The notes: generated from the letters alone by a model not told the origin. A stretch of DNA of 63,041 nt, filler included, from Octopus bimaculoides (GCF_001194135.2; 7 parts of 7 records of this genome joined end to end with filler, not necessarily neighbours in it), one strand, 5' to 3'. Positions 48,935-62,490 are shown, counted from the first letter of the whole stretch. Numbers and translations: made by a program.

Positions 48935-49300
48935 GTCACCACCACCACCACCACAGAATCATGCATCAACACCACCACAACAACCATCTTCATTATCATC
49001 ATCATCATCTTCGTCATCATCATCGTCGTCATCATCATCATCGTCGTCGTCGTCGTCATCATCATCGTCGTCGTCATCATCATTATCAACTTTATCATCA
49101 TCATCATCGTCGTCATCATTATCATCTTCATCATCATCAGCATCATCACCATCATCATCATCATCATCATCATTATCATCATCATCATCGTCGTCGTCGT
49201 CGTCGTCGCATCGTACGTTGTCGTCGTCATTCCCGTCGTTGCCATCATCATCATCCTCCATTATTGTTGTCGTGTTTGTCCTCTTCATTATCATCAACAT

Positions 49301-49352
<52 letters not shown>

Positions 49353-49390
49353 GTCATCATCATCATCATCATCAAATTCATCATCGCCAT
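48935..49390. repeat. Compound (CAT/CGT/CAC)n trinucleotide array
   Basis: Direct reading; gives spurious poly-D/H/S/M ORFs. Confidence 0.93.
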
Positions 49391-50289
49391 GGTTTCCCAA
49401 ACGTGTCGTTCTGGCTCTAAAAATGTAAAAAATGGAGAGGGAGAACATTGTGCAGGATATTAATGCCACATTATTCAAGATGAAGCATTCCAGTGCAGAT
49501 GGTACAAGTCAAATCATACTCTGGTTGACGTTGACGATGCTGCCAATAATCCAAGAGTTTCTCAATTCTCTTCAACCTATTGCTGTCACTCCTCGCTGTC
49601 TGCTACTAAAAGCGAATGTACCCTTTATGTTAAAACAAAGCTTGTATGCACACAAAAAACTCTGCAACAACACAAGACTCACCGTCAAACTTCTATTTTG
49701 CATGTGAGCCAAGCTGCTATAACGACAGGTTGCAACCATAAAAAGGCGTTTTCCTTCCTTGCATCACTTCGTTCCATCAGATATGTTACTTTAGGTCAAG
49801 CGCTCTGCTAGTCGAATGTGAACTGAGAAGTCCATGCCTCTCCGATAACCACGTCTTTGTTACATGCTTGCTTGTTAGCCCAAGAAGACATCTTTTTATC
49901 CGGGCACCGACCTGTGTACCATGAATGTTGTCAACCTCCAATTCACTTGGCTAATAAAACACATTTCTATAATAATTGCTTCTGTTTTAAGTAATGCATA
50001 TCGATTTGGAATTACAATAAAATATATGCAATAGAATATAATAATAGAAGTGTCTTAAGTCACAAAACTAAAATTATCAGAATACATAGTCGCAAGATCT
50101 TCAAATACCATAGGAACATTGCATAAATTCAACTTCAGACAATGTAAAATATATGCAAATTAAATTACACACTAAATTACATACCAAACCAAAATAATAT
50201 AAAATAGTGTCTCAAGATGCTGCAAGTGAAGACATTATATTTAAAACAAAATATGTTTCCATGTATTTGGTAAATAGATGATGCCGCCT

Positions 50290-50567
50290 ACATGCATCAC
50301 CATCGTCAATTCATCGCAGAGAAAGTGCACCGTAAGGAATTCTCACTGATTGTACGTTTTGATCTCCATTACGTCCGTTTCTTTTTCCTCACTAAAATAG
50401 TTTTTATCTATTAATGGTGAGATACTATAGATATACTATTAAACCTTGGGAGAGGCATTATGCCGGTAATAAACACACGCATATACATCGATATATTTTC
50501 TCGATAAACTTTGCTCGCAGTGAACTTTCTTCACGGTGAATTGATGACGGTGAACTTACCTGTAATC
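50290..50567. mobile_element. MITE, same family as 21908-22109
   Basis: GATAAACTTTGCTCGCAGTGAACTTTCTTCACGGTGAATTGATGACGGTGAACTTACCTGTAATC right end; decayed left end. Confidence 0.65.
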
Positions 50568-50832
50568 GAGTACCTGTGGTTGAGATACATCTAGCCATAT
50601 TAGAGTTACGTGGTCGGCAACTGAAATGGCAACCTCACTAGACCGGCTTGGTAAGGAGGATGATTTCCATTGGGTGATTTCCTGCAGAGCGAAAAACAAA
50701 ACCTGGCACTTTGAATGAATGTCTTCTTACACAGCCTCAAGTTACCTAATGTCGTATAAGAGAAATCACATAGATAGAAGATGGAACTGTACAGTAAAAA
50801 AGCCTTTTGGATGTATGCATATATGTATGTGT

Positions 50833-51115
50833 TGAAGGCGCATGACTCAGTGGTTAGAGCGTTGGGTTCACAATCATGAGCAAGACACTTTATTTCATGG
50901 TGCTCCAGTTCACTCATCTGTAGGAATGAGTTGCGATGTCACTGGTGCTACACTGTATCAACCTTTGCCTTTCCCTTGGTGAATATTGGTGGCATGGAGA
51001 GGGGAGGCTAGTATGTATGGGCAACTGCTAGTCTTCCACAGACAACTTTACTCAGAGGGGAACTTTCTAGGTGCAATCCCATAGTCATTCATGACCGAAG
51101 GGGATCTTTACCTTT
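50833..51115 (+). mobile_element. tRNA-derived SINE (family C), with deletion of the B box region
   Basis: GAAGGCGCATGACTCAGTGGTTAGAGCG A box; CAAGACACTTTATTTCATGGTGCTCCAGTTCACTCA central domain; distinct tail. Confidence 0.75.
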
Positions 51116-51356
51116 TTACTGGTAACATGTAACCCAGTACAATCTGTCACATGGTGGGGTCCTAGCCGAATAAACCGGCGTCCCTACTAAGCATGTTTGG
51201 TAAGAAGGGTGGTTTTTGTTTGACTCAGTAGAGTCAAAGGCTATCCAACAACTGGAACTGATAGATCGATCCCTTGTCTTTATTTAGACATCTCTCTCAG
51301 TGAAGCAAAACTCATATATAACAACTGCGACTTCGTTTTCATCCAATGATGTACAC

Positions 51357-51610
51357 CAGTGGTTATCAACCGGGGTTCATATGGTCCCTAGGGGTTCATA
51401 TATAACTTTATTGTTAAAAGTTAGGTGCAAAAAAAAAATGGTAATACTTCTACAAAGCACAAAATGCTTTGACAATTTATTTATGCAATTCCTAATAACG
51501 TTTAATTATAAGGCTATAATATATTTTAGGCATCGAATGGCTATGTGAGTCCATTCGAGTAAAATGAGAAGCAAAGGGGCCCATAGGTGAAAAAGGGTTA
51601 AGAAACACTG
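51357..51610. mobile_element. hAT (Charlie-type) MITE
   Basis: TIRs CAGTGGTTATCAACC / GGTTAAGAAACACTG; degenerate 8-bp TSD ATGTACAC/AGATACGC with central TA. Confidence 0.8.
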
Positions 51611-51619
51611 AGATACGCC

Positions 51620-52256
51620 AAAGGATCTCAACCAAGGTCCATATGGCCCTTGGGGTTCCATACAAGATTTTGTTGTTAAAATTTATGTGCAATATATAGG
51701 CGTAGGAGTGGCTGTGTGGTAAGTAGCTTGCTTACAAACCACATGGTCTCGGGTTCATTCCCACTGCGTGGCACCTTGGGCAAGTGTCTTCTACTATAAC
51801 CTCGAGCCGACCAAAGCCTTGTCAGTGGATTTGGTAGACGGAAACTGAAAGAAGCCCGTAGTATACATGTATATACATATATATGTATGCGTATTAATGT
51901 GTTTGTGTGTCTGTGTTTGTCCTCCAATATCGCTTGATAACTGATGCTGGTGTGTTTACGTCCTCGTAACTTAGCGGTTCAGCAAAAAGAGACCGATAGA
52001 ATAAGTACTAGGCTTCTAAAGAATAAGTCCTGGGGTCGATTTGCTCGACTAAAGGCGGTGCTCCAACATGGCCACAGTCAAATGACTGAAACATGTAAAA
52101 GAGTAAAAGAGTAATTTTTTTGAAAATACAATCCCTAATAATATTTAATTATAAAAATATAATAGGGCTTTTCTTAACATAGAATGTCTAGGTGGGTCCA
52201 TCCGAGTAAAATAAGAATCAGAGGAACCCATAGATAAAACTGGTTTAGAACCAATG
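51620..52256. mobile_element. Second hAT MITE copy, split by a SINE
   Basis: Left part GATCTCAACCAAGGTCCATATGGCCCTTGGGGTTCC; right part ends GGTTTAGAACCAATG. Confidence 0.65.
51696..52113 (+). mobile_element. SINE family A, full length
   Basis: ATAGGCGTAGGAGTGGCTGTGTGG head to AAAAGAGTAAAAGAGTA tail. Confidence 0.95.
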
Positions 52257-53423
52257 TAGATTAATTCAAGTCCATACGTTGTTTAATGAATCGGATTGAC
52301 CTTTTGTAAAGTCTTTCCTCACTTTATAAAGCTTCAGACATGGGCGTCACTTGACCTTTCACACCTTTATTAACATTTCTGCCATATGCTGATTGCTATG
52401 GGCTGCTGTCCTTAGCAAAGAAATACAAAACATGCAATGAAATCTTCCGTTTGAGAGTGAAGTCATGCGTTAGCGTGGGTGGTGGGCTCTCCCGAACACC
52501 TGCGGCAAGATACGCCCGTCGTTGTCACANNNNNNNNNNNNNNNNNNNNNNNNNNNNNNNNNNNNNNNNNNNNNNNNNNNNNNNNNNNNNNNNNNNNNNN
52601 NNNNNNNNNNNNNNNNNNNNNNNNNNNNNNNNNNNNNNNNNNNNNNNNNNNNNNNNNNNNNNNNNNNNNNNNNNNNNNNNNNNNNNNNNNNNNNNNNNNN
52701 NNNNNNNNNNNNNNNNNNNNNNNNNNNNNNNNNNNNNNNNNNNNNNNNNNNNNNNNNNNNNNNNNNNNNNNNNNNNNNNNNNNNNNNNNNNNNNNNNNNN
52801 NNNNNNNNNNNNNNNNNNNNNNNNNNNNNNNNNNNNNNNNNNNNNNNNNNNNNNNNNNNNNNNNNNNNNNNNNNNNNNNNNNNNNNNNNNNNNNNNNNNN
52901 NNNNNNNNNNNNNNNNNNNNNNNNNNNNNNNNNNNNNNNNNNNNNNNNNNNNNNNNNNNNNNNNNNNNNNNNNNNNNNNNNNNNNNNNNNNNNNNNNNNN
53001 NNNNNNNNNNNNNNNNNNNNNNNNNNNNNNNNNNNNNNNNNNNNNNNNNNNNNNNNNNNNNNNNNNNNNNNNNNNNNNNNNNNNNNNNNNNNNNNNNNNN
53101 NNNNNNNNNNNNNNNNNNNNNNNNNNNNNNNNNNNNNNNNNNNNNNNNNNNNNNNNNNNNNNNNNNNNNNNNNNNNNNNNNNNNNNNNNNNNNNNNNNNN
53201 NNNNNNNNNNNNNNNNNNNNNNNNNNNNNNNNNNNNNNNNNNNNNNNNNNNNNNNNNNNNNNNNNNNNNNNNNNNNNNNNNNNNNNNNNNNNNNNNNNNN
53301 NNNNNNNNNNNNNNNNNNNNNNNNNNNNNNNNNNNNNNNNNNNNNNNNNNNNNNNNNNNNNNNNNNNNNNNNNNNNNNNNNNNNNNNNNNNNNNNNNNNN
53401 NNNNATATATATATATATATATA

Positions 53424-53570
53424 TACGACAGGCTTCTTTCAGTTTCCGTCTACCAAATCCACTCAGAAGGCTTTGGTCGGCCCGAGGCTATAGTAGAAGA
53501 CACTTGCCCAAGGTGCCACGCAGTGAGACTGAACCCGGAGCCATGTGGTTGGTTAGCAAGCTAATTACAC
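53424..53570 (-). mobile_element. SINE family A, 5' half
   Basis: Matches the reverse complement of 51720-51860. Confidence 0.9.
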
Positions 53571-54459
53571 ATACATATACACCCATATAAACATATATTA
53601 TCTTACATTCGATTTGCAATTTTATACATCTGTGTTGTACCTACCTACCTACCTACCTACCTACTCACCCACCCACCTACCTACCTACCTACGTACCTAC
53701 CTACACGTCTAACTAGCTAACTATCTATTAATATCTATTCAACATAGAATTAGGTTTTAGTATTATACCTTCAACGTTTCTGTCGTTAACTGTAAGTCCC
53801 CTGCTCCCAACATCCCTCTCTTCCCATTTCTCTATTTTGCTCCCTAAATATATACCTGTTCGTCTGTCTGTTTTTCAATTCCTCTCTCTATCATTTTTTC
53901 GCCCTAACCCTTTGTCAGTAATGTTTTTTTTTTTTTTTCTTTTCTCACTCCCTCTCTCTATACTGCAATATACTTCTCAATACCCACCTCTCTTATTACC
54001 TTTATCCCCTAACTCAATGTATTAAAGCGACCAATCCCTGATTCTACTCATTGACGTAACTGTTGCTATGGAAACTGTTCGCGTCATCTGGTCCCCTCTT
54101 CATCTTCTCCTCCGCCACTAACATCACCGTCACAGCCACCGCCACTACCGTTCGCAAAGTCGCCATATCGGGAATCCTAATTTCTGACAACATCTCTCAC
54201 ACCACCCTCTCTTGTCTTTCTCCCCACATTCAACCTAACTCTCTCCCCTTTTCTCACTCCCCCTCCTTTTCTCCTCTCATTGTTCTCCCTCTCTCTCTCT
54301 TCCTCTCTCTCTCTTTCTCTCCATTTCTTTTCCTCACTCTGTCACTCTCTCATCGGTGTTTATCACAGAACCAGAATTAGCATGCGAACAGAAATTTATG
54401 ATTAGAATGTTAATCAATAGAAACAGTAAGAGATAAAAGGACACAAAGAGAATCAGTGG

Positions 54460-54635
54460 GAAGAGAGAGAGAGTGGGGGAGAGAAAGATAGAGAGTGGGG
54501 GAGAGAAAGATAGAGAGTGGGGGAGAGAAAGAGAGAGAGTGGGGGNNNNNNNNNNNNNNNNNNNNNNNNNNNNNNNNNNNNNNNNNNNNNNNNNNNNNNN
54601 NNNNNAGAGAGAGAGTGGGGGAGAGAAAGAGATAG
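54460..54635. repeat. 22-bp minisatellite GAGAGTGGGGGAGAGAAAGA(T/G)A
   Basis: At least 4 units around a gap. Confidence 0.9.
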
Positions 54636-55556
54636 AGTGTGTGTTTGCACATTTGTGTGTGTGTGTGTGTGTGTGAAAGAGGCAGGCATGGAGGAAGGAA
54701 TATGAAACGTGAAAAATAAAACAATGAATTATAATGTAAGGAAGAGATATAACTCAGAGACAGAGAGGGAAAATAAGGTTAGCTAAAGAACAAGTCGTAG
54801 TTACATGCAAAAACGCATGTCATTGAAAATATGTACACAGAGGGATACATATACAGGTGTGTTTGTGTAAATTAATGATTATGTATACGCATATTTTATG
54901 ACTTCATGTAAGCGTAGCAATACTAGTTGTGTAAACTCAGTATACCTACCTTTTTAGATTAAAGCGTCTGTACAGAGCGTAATATCAATTAACGAATGAC
55001 ATAAGAACAGATGTTACATAATTAACTTCATTAGCTTACAGCTGTTTCTGCTACAAGAAGCAGTTAAATGCTTTCGGAAATTAACATAAAGTTCATTTTA
55101 ATGACCCCGAGCAAGCTCTAGGATGTTGCATAAACATTCAACGCAGAGTGCACTACTTCAACAGCGAATCGAATTCGTTTCGAGAGCGAATCGAGTATAC
55201 AGCACCGAAGGGGTGACATAATGTCCAAATATCGATATCTGTTGTTCTTGTTCACCTCTGAGGCGATTCGTTTCACTTGGTTTTTAAGTATGCTCTTTTT
55301 TTGTTTGTTTTAATGCAATGCATCTCTAAAGGAGCATTCCTTCAAAGAAATACCACAACCCAAAAGCATTTAATAACACGTATATCAAGTATGTGACATC
55401 GATATTGTATAAATTGTAGATCTGTTTTGGAGTCAAACATTGAATTTTGTCCTACTCGTGCTGCTCTTTTGGGTATCAGTAGATAAATTTTATGCCACCA
55501 GTATGCACTTTCGGCCAGCGTTTAAGAACACCTACATTATTTGACATCAATAGTGT

Positions 55557-55624
<68 letters not shown>

Positions 55625-55974
55625 TAATCTCAGACTTAACCAAAGTTTCGCAGGCGTAATTGTACATCTATTATTACCAGCTGTATTGTGTATCTGAAGA
55701 TTTGAACGCATAACTACGGGTACGAATGTAATGTTTCAGAAATCCAGAGCCGACTCAATGTGTTATTAAATACTTACAACTCCAACAATATATACTGCGA
55801 GCTACTTTTCTTCTTTTAACTATACATACATACATACATACATATATATATATATAAATATGTATGTATGTATANNNNNNNNNNNNNNNNNNNNNNNNNN
55901 NNNNNNNNNNNNNNNNNNTTAATTAATTAANNNNNNNNNNNNNNNNNNNNNNNNNNNNNNNNNNNNNNNNNNNN

Positions 55975-56023
<49 letters not shown>

Positions 56024-56324
56024 ACAATACGCTTTAAAAGTATTTGCTGAACCCTGTAGGAGAACACGATTTTCCTTCAGATCGACAGTTTTAATTTTAA
56101 ATGACCAATAATATTTACACTCGGCATATGACGATCCAAAGGTGAAGTTTTGTTTCTTTTGCCAAATCAGTTTTATAAAACATTCGCTTCAAAAACATTC
56201 TATTTCATCAACATTTAGTATTTGTTCCTCCAGTATGGCCACTGCCACTTCCAATAGCACTTTTGATCAATTTGATTGCATATTTCATTGCTCTATGTAT
56301 TTTCAACAACTTTAACATTATTGG

Positions 56325-56578
56325 TGAAAGTGCGAAGCCTAGTGGTAAGGGTTTTGCACTCACGATCACATGATAGTGGTTTCGATTCCTCGACCGGGCG
56401 GTGTATTGTGTTCTCGAACCAAATACTTCGTTTCGCTTTGTCCAGTCTACTCAGCCATAAGTGAGTGACCCTGCAAGAGATTGGCGTTCCATCCAGGGAG
56501 AATGTTGTGATCTCGGTCACTTATATGACACTGAAACCAGGTAAGCAGCCCTGTGAGTCATGGGACTCGAGACGGTAC
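56325..56578 (+). mobile_element. SINE family F, diverged
   Basis: GCCTAGTGGTAAGGG A box, GGTTTCGATTCC B box, CCTGCAAGAGATTGGCGTTCCATCCAGGG tail. Confidence 0.75.
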
Positions 56579-56731
56579 ATATTTCTTTTTTTTTGTAACG
56601 TTATGGATTCCAGGTCGATTCAAAACAATCAGAATTTCCAAACATGCTTCTTTAGTTTGTTATATTTCGGGATGATCATTTTAAAATCTTTTTCTTGCTA
56701 GATGAACACATGCACTATAGTTCTTAGGAAG

Positions 56732-56886
56732 AAGGCGGTGAGCTAGCAGAAACGTTAGCACGACGGGCGAAATGCTTAACGGTCTTTATGTTCTGAATTC
56801 AAATTCCGCCGAGGTCAATAAATTAAGTACCAGTTACGTACTGAGGTCGATCTAATCGACTGGCCCACTCCCCCAAAATTTGGAAT
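56732..56886 (+). mobile_element. SINE family B, internally deleted, long TSD
   Basis: Head AAGGCGGTGAGCTAGCAGAAACGTTAGC; flanks TATAGTTCTT(TTT)AGGAAGAA on both sides. Confidence 0.85.
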
Positions 56887-57172
56887 TATAGTTCTTTTTA
56901 GGAAGAAACAGGCGAGATGGAGAGTCGCAGGTGTGTGACGAAAGATTTCCAGACAATGGACATAAGATAAAATAAGAACAATAATAAATGAGTGAAGAAC
57001 GAATATATAGTGCTTATGTTTATTTGGCATGAAAAAAATGACCATGCCAAAATATTACAATATCTGTTTCAATACATGATTTCACACCAGGAATCTTGCA
57101 AAACATATTCATAAACGTTTCTTTAGTTTCCTCTCCAGTTCCGCGTGTCTTCGGTTTTCATTGGATAGCTAC

Positions 57173-57246
57173 AAGAAGAAGAAGAAGAAGAAGAAGAAGA
57201 AGAAGAAGAAGAAGAAGAAGAAGAAGAAGAAGAAGAAGAAGAAGAA
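57173..57246. repeat. (AAG)n microsatellite
   Basis: Direct reading. Confidence 0.97.
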
Positions 57247-57260
57247 ATAATATTCTTTTC

Positions 57261-57493
57261 TTATTTCTTTGTTGCCCACCAAGGGGCTAAACAAAGAGGA
57301 GACAAACAAGGACAGGCAAAGGGATTAAGTCGATTACATCGATCCCAGTGCGTAACTGGTATTTAATTTATCGACCCCGAAAGGATGAAAGGCAAAATCT
57401 ACCTCCCGGAATTTAAACTCAGAACGTAACGGCAGACGAAATACCGCTAAGCATTTCGCCTGGCGTGCTAATGTTTCTACGAGTTCGCGCCTT
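57261..57493 (-). mobile_element. SINE family B, full length
   Basis: Closely similar to 2924-3151; GAAATAATATT on both flanks. Confidence 0.92.
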
Positions 57494-58204
57494 CGAAGAC
57501 GAAATAATATTGTGGAGAAGTATTTTAAGAAGAATGAGAAAAATGGAGAGGAGGAGGAGGGAGTTATTTTTATTTAAAGCTACGTTCCTCTCTCCCTCCC
57601 TCTTTGTTTTGAATTCCTTCACGGTTTTCGTATAGCGATCAGGCAGTGGTCCAGAAAATAGCTGTTAGACCCCCATAAACATTATCAACAGCATCATCAA
57701 CATTAGCAGCAGCGGCAACAGCATCGTCATTATCCTTATCGTCGTTCTCGTCGTCGTCGCCATCATCATCGTCGTCGTCGTCGTCGTCTTTGTCATCATT
57801 ATCATCATCATTACCAACTTAATTACTAACCTAGCGCTCAACGGAGCTCTATCGACATTAACAATAACTACAACAATAACAATAATAACGACAATAACAA
57901 TAGTAGCCATAGAAACAACAAACGTCTCCTCTTTCCTATCATCTAAATAAATTGTGTAACATGTGAAAGTGTGATTAGGTAAGCTAATCTTTTTTCAAGC
58001 CCTGAACACCTCTAGAACCGGTCCTTCCACCGGAATCTCGTTTTAATAGCAAGAGATAAACTATCCGCACCTTTTCCTTATTAAATAAGTTGGTCTAATG
58101 CAGTCAAGTTCTCCAGTTGATAGATTTGAACACAGCTCTGTCTATTACCGCAACATCACTGGCTGAGTTATGTCCCATTCTCGTACTTACAGCTGATAAT
58201 CTAT

Positions 58205-58420
58205 GAGGAAACCTCTACGCGATCGCTCGACTTGCTAATGAAAGCAGCCAAATTTCTCTCAAATCGCACAATGGATCTTATCATTCTTTCTGCTCTTTAT
58301 GTTCCTACAAAGTCTGAAATACACTAAGATAAAGAAAAAATAAAGATACTAAAAAGTGACGATCACAAATAGGAAAAAACCTTCAATCATAAATCTGTTT
58401 AACTCAATGCTGACCACTGT
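58205..58420 (+). repeat. Repeat family E copy
   Basis: GAGGAAACCTCTACGCGATCGCTCGACTTGCTAATGAAAGCAGCCAAATTTCTCTCAAATCGCAC. Confidence 0.55.
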
Positions 58421-59131
58421 GGAAGAGTTGAAGGTTTCGGCCACGCATATGAAGATACGGCATCGGTGATAGGATGTGAGCTCAGGTCCAGTTATCATTT
58501 GTAACAGTAAAGTAACAAGTGTGTAGCTGAGTTATATTGTTGAGCGCAAACTTTCCAATCTATGAAAGCAACGACAAACGACAGAAATAACAGCTTCAAA
58601 AATACCACGACTTTTAAAAATAACCAGCATCATTTTCCCAAAACCATCGCTGAAAGTCTGTGTCTGGAATAGATATTTACATAGGTCGGGAAATGAGATT
58701 GTATGACGTTCATGCCCTTTCCCACCACGTAGAACAGGAAATACTGTGTTTGGTTCAAGTTTGTTTCCTCATCTCCTACCGCTGAATAATTGTAATTTGA
58801 CCAGAGAACAATGGCGGCAGTCCATACAAATGTGGGATTTTTAAAGCGAATATGGAGGGAAAAAAAATCATTAAAATTGACGGAAATCGTCTTCCATCGT
58901 GTTGATGGCGATGGTCGCTCACAGAACCATCCGGTACCATTTTAACTCGACCAATGAAAAACCGGATTAGTCACAAACTGGCTACAGCTTACTGTCTTAC
59001 TCTTTCTATCGCCTTCTTTCTCTCTCTTTCTCTCTCTTTCTCTCTCAGTATGTCGTTTTCTCTCTCTGTGTTTCTCTCTCTCTCTCTCTGTTTTCTCTCT
59101 CTCTGTCTTCCTCTCTCTCTCTGTCTTTCTT

Positions 59132-59170
<39 letters not shown>

Positions 59171-59911
59171 ACACACACACACACACAAACGAGCACATAT
59201 TTCTCCTTTATATTTTCACATTTTGTCTCCCCCCCTCCCACCATTCTTGCTTGTTTCCCCCACTTTCTCATTCTCTACCTTTCCCCCCATCCCTCTTACT
59301 AACATCCTATGTCCGCTGTCATTGAAAACACATTCAGAAAACGTATAGAGACACCCAAGCACATGCAGATACACTTACAACCATACATGTACACACAGAG
59401 AAACATACACAGATACAGACAAACACACACTNNNNNNNNNNNNNNNNNNNNNNNNNNNNNNNNNNNNNNNNNNNNNNNNNNNNNNNNNNNNNNNNNNNNN
59501 NNNNNNNNNNNNNNNNNNNNNNNNNNNNNNNNNNNNNNNNNNNNNNNNNNNNNNNNNNNNNNNNNNNNNNNNNNNNNNNNNNNNNNNNNNNNNNNNNNNN
59601 NNNNNNNNNNNNNNNNNNNNNNNNNNNNNTGATGATGGATGTGTAAATTTCATTATCTTTTTTCATTCTCATTTTTCTTTTTCTCCTTTTCTTTATTTGT
59701 TTATTTATTGTAAATTTCATTTGTTAAAATAAAAAAATATTGACAAAAAATAAATAATATTGAAATTTTCAATTTTTGAATGAAACTATTTAATAAAAAA
59801 TGGTTTCACATAGGTTGGGATTATGACAAACTTAAGAATATACACGTTTTAATTATTGTTCTGTTTTTGTTGTTGTCGTCGTCGTTGATGTTGTCATCAT
59901 CGTCGGCGTTG

Positions 59912-59943
<32 letters not shown>

Positions 59944-60186
59944 GGTGTGGGTGATGGTGTTATTTATTGAACAGTTATGGCACGGCCATAACTACTTCCG
60001 CGATTGCGCATGCGTGACGCCATAAACCCAAAATGGATGAATGCTTCAATGAAAGTGTTTATAAATATAACTTGTCTGTATATGGAGCGCGTGAGTGTGG
60101 ATGTGTAAGTATGCATAAATACACACAAACACACACACACACACATATATATATAAACACATGCATATATGTATATTTTTATGTTC

Positions 60187-60217
<31 letters not shown>

Positions 60218-60349
60218 AACGTATAGGTATGCAAACATATGTATGTACATATATATATGCAAATACTTAGGTTTACATGTAAATATGAATATGTATATGT
60301 GCGTGTGAGTATACATAAATGTATGCTTGTATACACACACAAGCACTCC

Positions 60350-60690
60350 TGAGGGCGCAATATGGCCGAATAGTTAAAAGATTCGTGTCACAATAGCGAG
60401 GTACCTGTTTCAATTTTACTGCGCAGCGTCATAAGCAAGTAACAATTTTTTATAGCCTCGGTTCCACCCCATATCTTGTAAGTGAAATTGGTGAGACAGA
60501 AACCGTATAGACACTCGATGGGTGGATTTTAGCGGGAAATAATACATAGTGTCATGATGATTCTGACAGAGAATCACGTTAAAGGTACATGTGACTGCGA
60601 GATTCTCAGCCACTTCTAAACTGGATGAGGAAAAGTTGACCGATCAACTGAATCCACGTCGTTGAAAGACGGATAGCCATCACCATACAT
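60350..60690 (+). mobile_element. Old SINE with family A-like head/body and family D-like tail
   Basis: ATAGCCTCGG...TTGTAAGTGAAATTGGTGAGACAGAAAC (A-like); GAGAATCACGTTAAAGGTACATGTG...TCTCAGCCACTT (D-like). Confidence 0.55.
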
Positions 60691-62135
60691 ACGTACATGC
60701 ATATGTATGTACGTGTGTTTGTGTGCGTGTGTCTGTATGAAGTTGTATATTGTATGTGATCGTTGCAGGTGTATGTAAATGGAAGTGAGAGGTTACTCAC
60801 ATTCACATGCACACAAATATGTATTAACGAATGTGGAAATCACAGACACATATACCCTCTCTCATTCTTTCTCTCTCTCTCTCCCTCTCTCTCTCTCTCT
60901 CCACATAATTGAATAGTAAGGATCAGGAAGAGATGCGGGAGTGCCAAGAACAAACTATTGCTGTAAACATGAGACAAAAACAAAAAAAAAACAAAGAAAA
61001 ACATAAAACGAAGGCCACACAAAAAAAAAGCAAAATCGAGAGAGAAAATGGGTGAACCCTAACAAAGGATGCGGGGTTGAGTAACAAATTCCACAACCTC
61101 AGGAAAACATCATGAAGTTCACAGCAGTGCGAATTGATAGCGAAGAGGTTTGGGGCATTAAATATATATATAATATANNNNNNNNNNNNNNNNNNNNNNN
61201 NNNNNNNNNNNNNNNNNNNNNNNNNNNNNNNNNNNNNNNNNNNNNNNNNNNNNNNNNNNNNNNNNNNNNNNNNNNNNNNNNNNNNNNNNNNNNNNNNNNN
61301 NNNNNNNNNNNNNNNNNNNNNNNNNNNNNNNNNNNNNNNNNNNNNNNNNNNNNNNNNNNNNNNNNNNNNNNNNNNNNNNNNNNNNNNNNNNNNNNNNNNN
61401 NNNNNNNNNNNNNNNNNNNNNNNNNNNNNNNNNNNNNNNNNNNNNNNNNNNNNNNNNNNNNNNNNNNNNNNNNNNNNNNNNNNNNNNNNNNNNNNNNNNN
61501 NNNNNNNNNNNNNNNNNNNNNNNNNNNNNNNNNNNNNNNNNNNNNNNNNNNNNNNNNNNNNNNNNNNNNNNNNNNNNNNNNNNNNNNNNNNNNNNNNNNN
61601 NNNNNNNNNNNNNNNNNNNNNNNNNNNNNNNNNNNNNNNNNNNNNNNNNNNNNNNNNNNNNNNNNNNNNNNNNNNNNNNNNNNNNNNNNNNNNNNNNNNN
61701 NNNNNNNNNNNNNNNNNNNNNNNNNNNNNNNNNNNNNNNNNNNNNNNNNNNNNNNNNNNNNNNNNNNNNNNNNNNNNNNNNNNNNNNNNNNNNNNNNNNN
61801 NNNNNNNNNNNNNNNNNNNNNNNNNNNNNNNNNNNNNNNNNNNNNNNNNNNNNNNNNNNNNNNNNNNNNNNNNNNNNNNNNNNNNNNNNNNNNNNNNNNN
61901 NNNNNNNNNNNNNNNNNNNNNNNNNNNNNNNNNNNNNNNNNNNNNNNNNNNNNNNNNNNNNNNNNNNNNNNNNNNNNNNNNNNNNNNNNNNNNNNNNNNN
62001 NNNNNNNNNNNNNNNNNNNNNNNNNNNNNNNNNNNNNNNNNNNNNNNNNNNNNNNNNNNNNNNNNNNNNNNNNNNNNNNNNNNNNNNNNNNNNNNNNNNN
62101 NNNNNNNNNNNNNNNNNNNNNNNNNNNNNNNNNNN

Positions 62136-62490
62136 CTGGAAATAGAGGTAACTCGAGTGTGGAATCTAAAAACAGAAACAATTCCTATCATAGTAGGTGC
62201 CTTAGGTATAATAAAAAAATATTCAGACAAATACATAACAAAAACACCAGGACTTACAAATATATATAACATACAGAAAATTGCACTACTGGGCACTGCA
62301 CACATCCTACGCAAAACACTTTCAATACAGTAACCATAAGAGTACCACAGCAAACCACAGCACATACCCAAAGCACACAGAGCTGCGCTCGGTAGTGAAG
62401 TGAAAGCACGTTATAAAAATAAAACTACTGAACAATAATAATAATAATAATGAATAATAATGATAATAATAATAATAATAATAATAATAA
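62136..62490 (+). mobile_element. R4/Dong-like RLE LINE 3' end with (TAA)n tail
   Basis: LEIEVTRVWNLKTETIPIIVGALG...IQKIALLGTAHILRKTLSIQ* (stop 62331-33), 100-nt UTR, TAA repeats. Confidence 0.9.

Noticed and set aside
48826-49478. Poly-Asp, poly-His, poly-Ser and poly-Met ORFs
   Set aside because: Trinucleotide microsatellite open in all frames, with no splice context or non-repetitive coding flank.
49432-49810. Two overlapping open frames on the + strand and a GTGAGT donor on the minus strand
   Set aside because: No homology recognised and no consistent acceptor-donor pair.
55030-55075. GAAACAGCTGTA (minus strand), a hammerhead-like helix III palindrome
   Set aside because: No CUGANGA core upstream; at most a heavily decayed pLTR.
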